Positions 21,653 through 23,504 of a stretch of DNA of 23,504 bases are shown here, piece after piece. The translations under genes and the position numbers were made by a program. The DNA is taken from the NCBI GenBank assembly GCA_010093995.1, contig ML992511.1, forward strand, positions 825,516 through 849,019. Reading direction: 5' to 3'. The stretch comes from Elsinoe ampelina (lineage: Eukaryota). A model generated the notes under the pieces. That model was not told where the DNA came from. It worked only from the letters and a program-made list of their open reading frames with translations, and searched no databases. The stretch's first letter is position 1; every line of letters starts with the position of its first letter.

Positions 21653-23504
21653 GAATTTAGGTATTAATAAGGAGATAAATAACTATAGATACTAACACCT
21701 TAATAGCTAGAACACCTATTATTCTTACTATATTAGCTAAATAGGCTAGCTAGCTATATATTATTAAGATAAGAGCATTAAACACTAAGATATAGAACCT
21801 TATTAATCCCTAGAAGACTATTAAACTAGAAGGGCTCTCTAAGCCTTAAAGGCTAGAGGTAGCAAATACTAACTTCTTAGCACTCTTCTAGATATATAAG
21901 GAGGAATAAGTATAGTATAATAAATAGCTTAAGGCCTTAGTAGATCTTACAAGCCTTATTTAGTTATTAATTGTACTATATGTTCTTACTATTATCTAAC
22001 TAGAGGAGGATCCTTATCCCTAGGCTATCCTTAGGGCATTAAAGAATAGATTTACTCTATCTAATATAGCTATTTAGCTTAAGGTTAAAGTACTTTAAAG
22101 GAAGTAGCTATCTAGTTCTTCCTTATAAAACATAGACTATTAGCTTTAGTAATAGAAAGAGGTTATAGATAAGGCTAGGAACTATAATCTACTAGAAGCT
22201 TAAGGCTTAAGACTATAAAGAGACTTCTTACTCTCTATCTTAAAAACTAAACTAGCATTTACTAATAAATACCTTATTAATCTAGATTTACTAACTCTAC
22301 TAACTATACTTAAACTAATTACTAAGTTTAGATAGTTTTACAAAATCTATAAGCTATATAGCACTATAAAGGCTAGTAAGGGAGCTATAGCCTTCCCTAT
22401 AGCTACTAAGAATATTCTTTATAAGAAACCTAGTCCCCCGAGAGAGCCTAAATATATATACTAAGGCAAGCATAAGTAGATTAAGTACTATTACTTAAAT
22501 AAGTATCTAAGGCTAGAAGAATAGATACTAAACTAGTAGACTATAAAGGAGGTCAAACAAAGGCTAAATAATAAGACTCTTAAAGAGAGAATTAAGGCTT
22601 CTATTACTAAGAAAGTATAACATTAGAAGGGGTTAACTCTACTAGTATTAATTAATATAGCTATTACTATTAAATTACACTTAGTATTTATCTTAGCTAC
22701 TACTAACATCTTAAGCTTATAGATACTAGATTCTAGAGCAACTAATTACATCTATAATTACACTATAAAGGACAGATATAAGGTTACTAGAATTATAAAA
22801 CCTTATAAGAAGCTATTCTATAGTAATACCTTACTTAGTATTAAGAGTTAGAGAACTATTAATATTATAGCTCTTTATAAAGAAAAGCTTATAACTATCT
22901 ATCTTATAAAAGTAGCTTATATACTATTAATTATAACTAATCTAGTTAGCCTTAGGAGGTTTATTAATAGTAGAGTCTACTAGAATACTTAAACTATAGA
23001 GATTAGCTATAAAGAAAGAGTACTCTTCTTAGTTATACTAAAGCATAACTAATATATCCTTAAGAATAACTCTAAAGTTCCTAATGTTACTACTATAGTA
23101 TTAAGGGATAATAATAATTGTCTACTATTAGCATTTACTATAGTTACTATAAGGACTAATTAATCTTAGTATAAAGTTATAGGCTATCTAAGCCTAGAGT
23201 CTATTAATTACCTTCTAACTACTATAGTTAGTAGTAAACTAACTCTAACTAAGCCTAGTTTAGCTTAACTAATTTATCTTAGGTCTCTATATTAGACTTG
23301 TAAGCTATTAAATACTTAGTAGATTATATTAAGAAGCCCTAACAATAAACTTGCTATATTAAAGCTATTTAAGAGAACTACCTTTAATATTATTATTAAC
23401 AGATTTACTAGCTATAATAAGGCAAGATATATAAGCTACTTTGCTTATAGGACTACTAACTATTAACTAGTTACTACCTATACTTATAGATATAAGATTA
23501 ATAA

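Larger units (their letters stand above)
15575..23504 (+). mobile_element. Older RIP-degraded Ty1/Copia retrotransposon (host), interrupted by two insertions and continuing past the window end
   Basis: Putative 5' LTR from TATTAA (15575, RIPed TGTTAA) to TTAACA (16149), then PBS-like GTTATAAGCCC (16150-16160). After the nested element, mentally reversing RIP gives a gag start near 21685, a C-x-C-x3-H-x4-C knuckle (~22453-22488), protease WILDSGATNHIC (~22720), WHKVMGHL (~23168) and the start of integrase. The left boundary is uncertain. Confidence 0.7.

Overview
Filamentous ascomycete (Pezizomycotina) genomic DNA, judged from short GT-AG introns with CTRAY branch points and from RIP damage. 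The window has two sharply separated compartments. Bases 1-~15,500 are GC-balanced and gene-dense, with eight genes: RXT3 (-), an MFS transporter carrying a one-base frameshift (-), an intronless orphan ORF (-), thiamine pyrophosphokinase THI80 (-), MIA40 (+), MGE1/GrpE (+), a pyruvate dehydrogenase kinase-family gene (+) and HMG-CoA lyase (+). Bases ~15,575-23,504 are an AT-rich, RIP-destroyed transposon nest. An older Ty1/Copia element carries a ~430-bp foldback (MITE-like) element in its putative 5' LTR, and a complete 5.36-kb Copia element (203-bp LTRs, GAATT target-site duplication) in its leader. The most interesting candidate for new biology is the kinase stop codon: TGA lies in a leaky context (CAG-TGA-CAA-CGA) and is followed by 100 more open in-frame codons, suggesting a stop-codon readthrough isoform. 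This is a hypothesis only. All gene identities come from recognising motifs by eye; no database searches were run.
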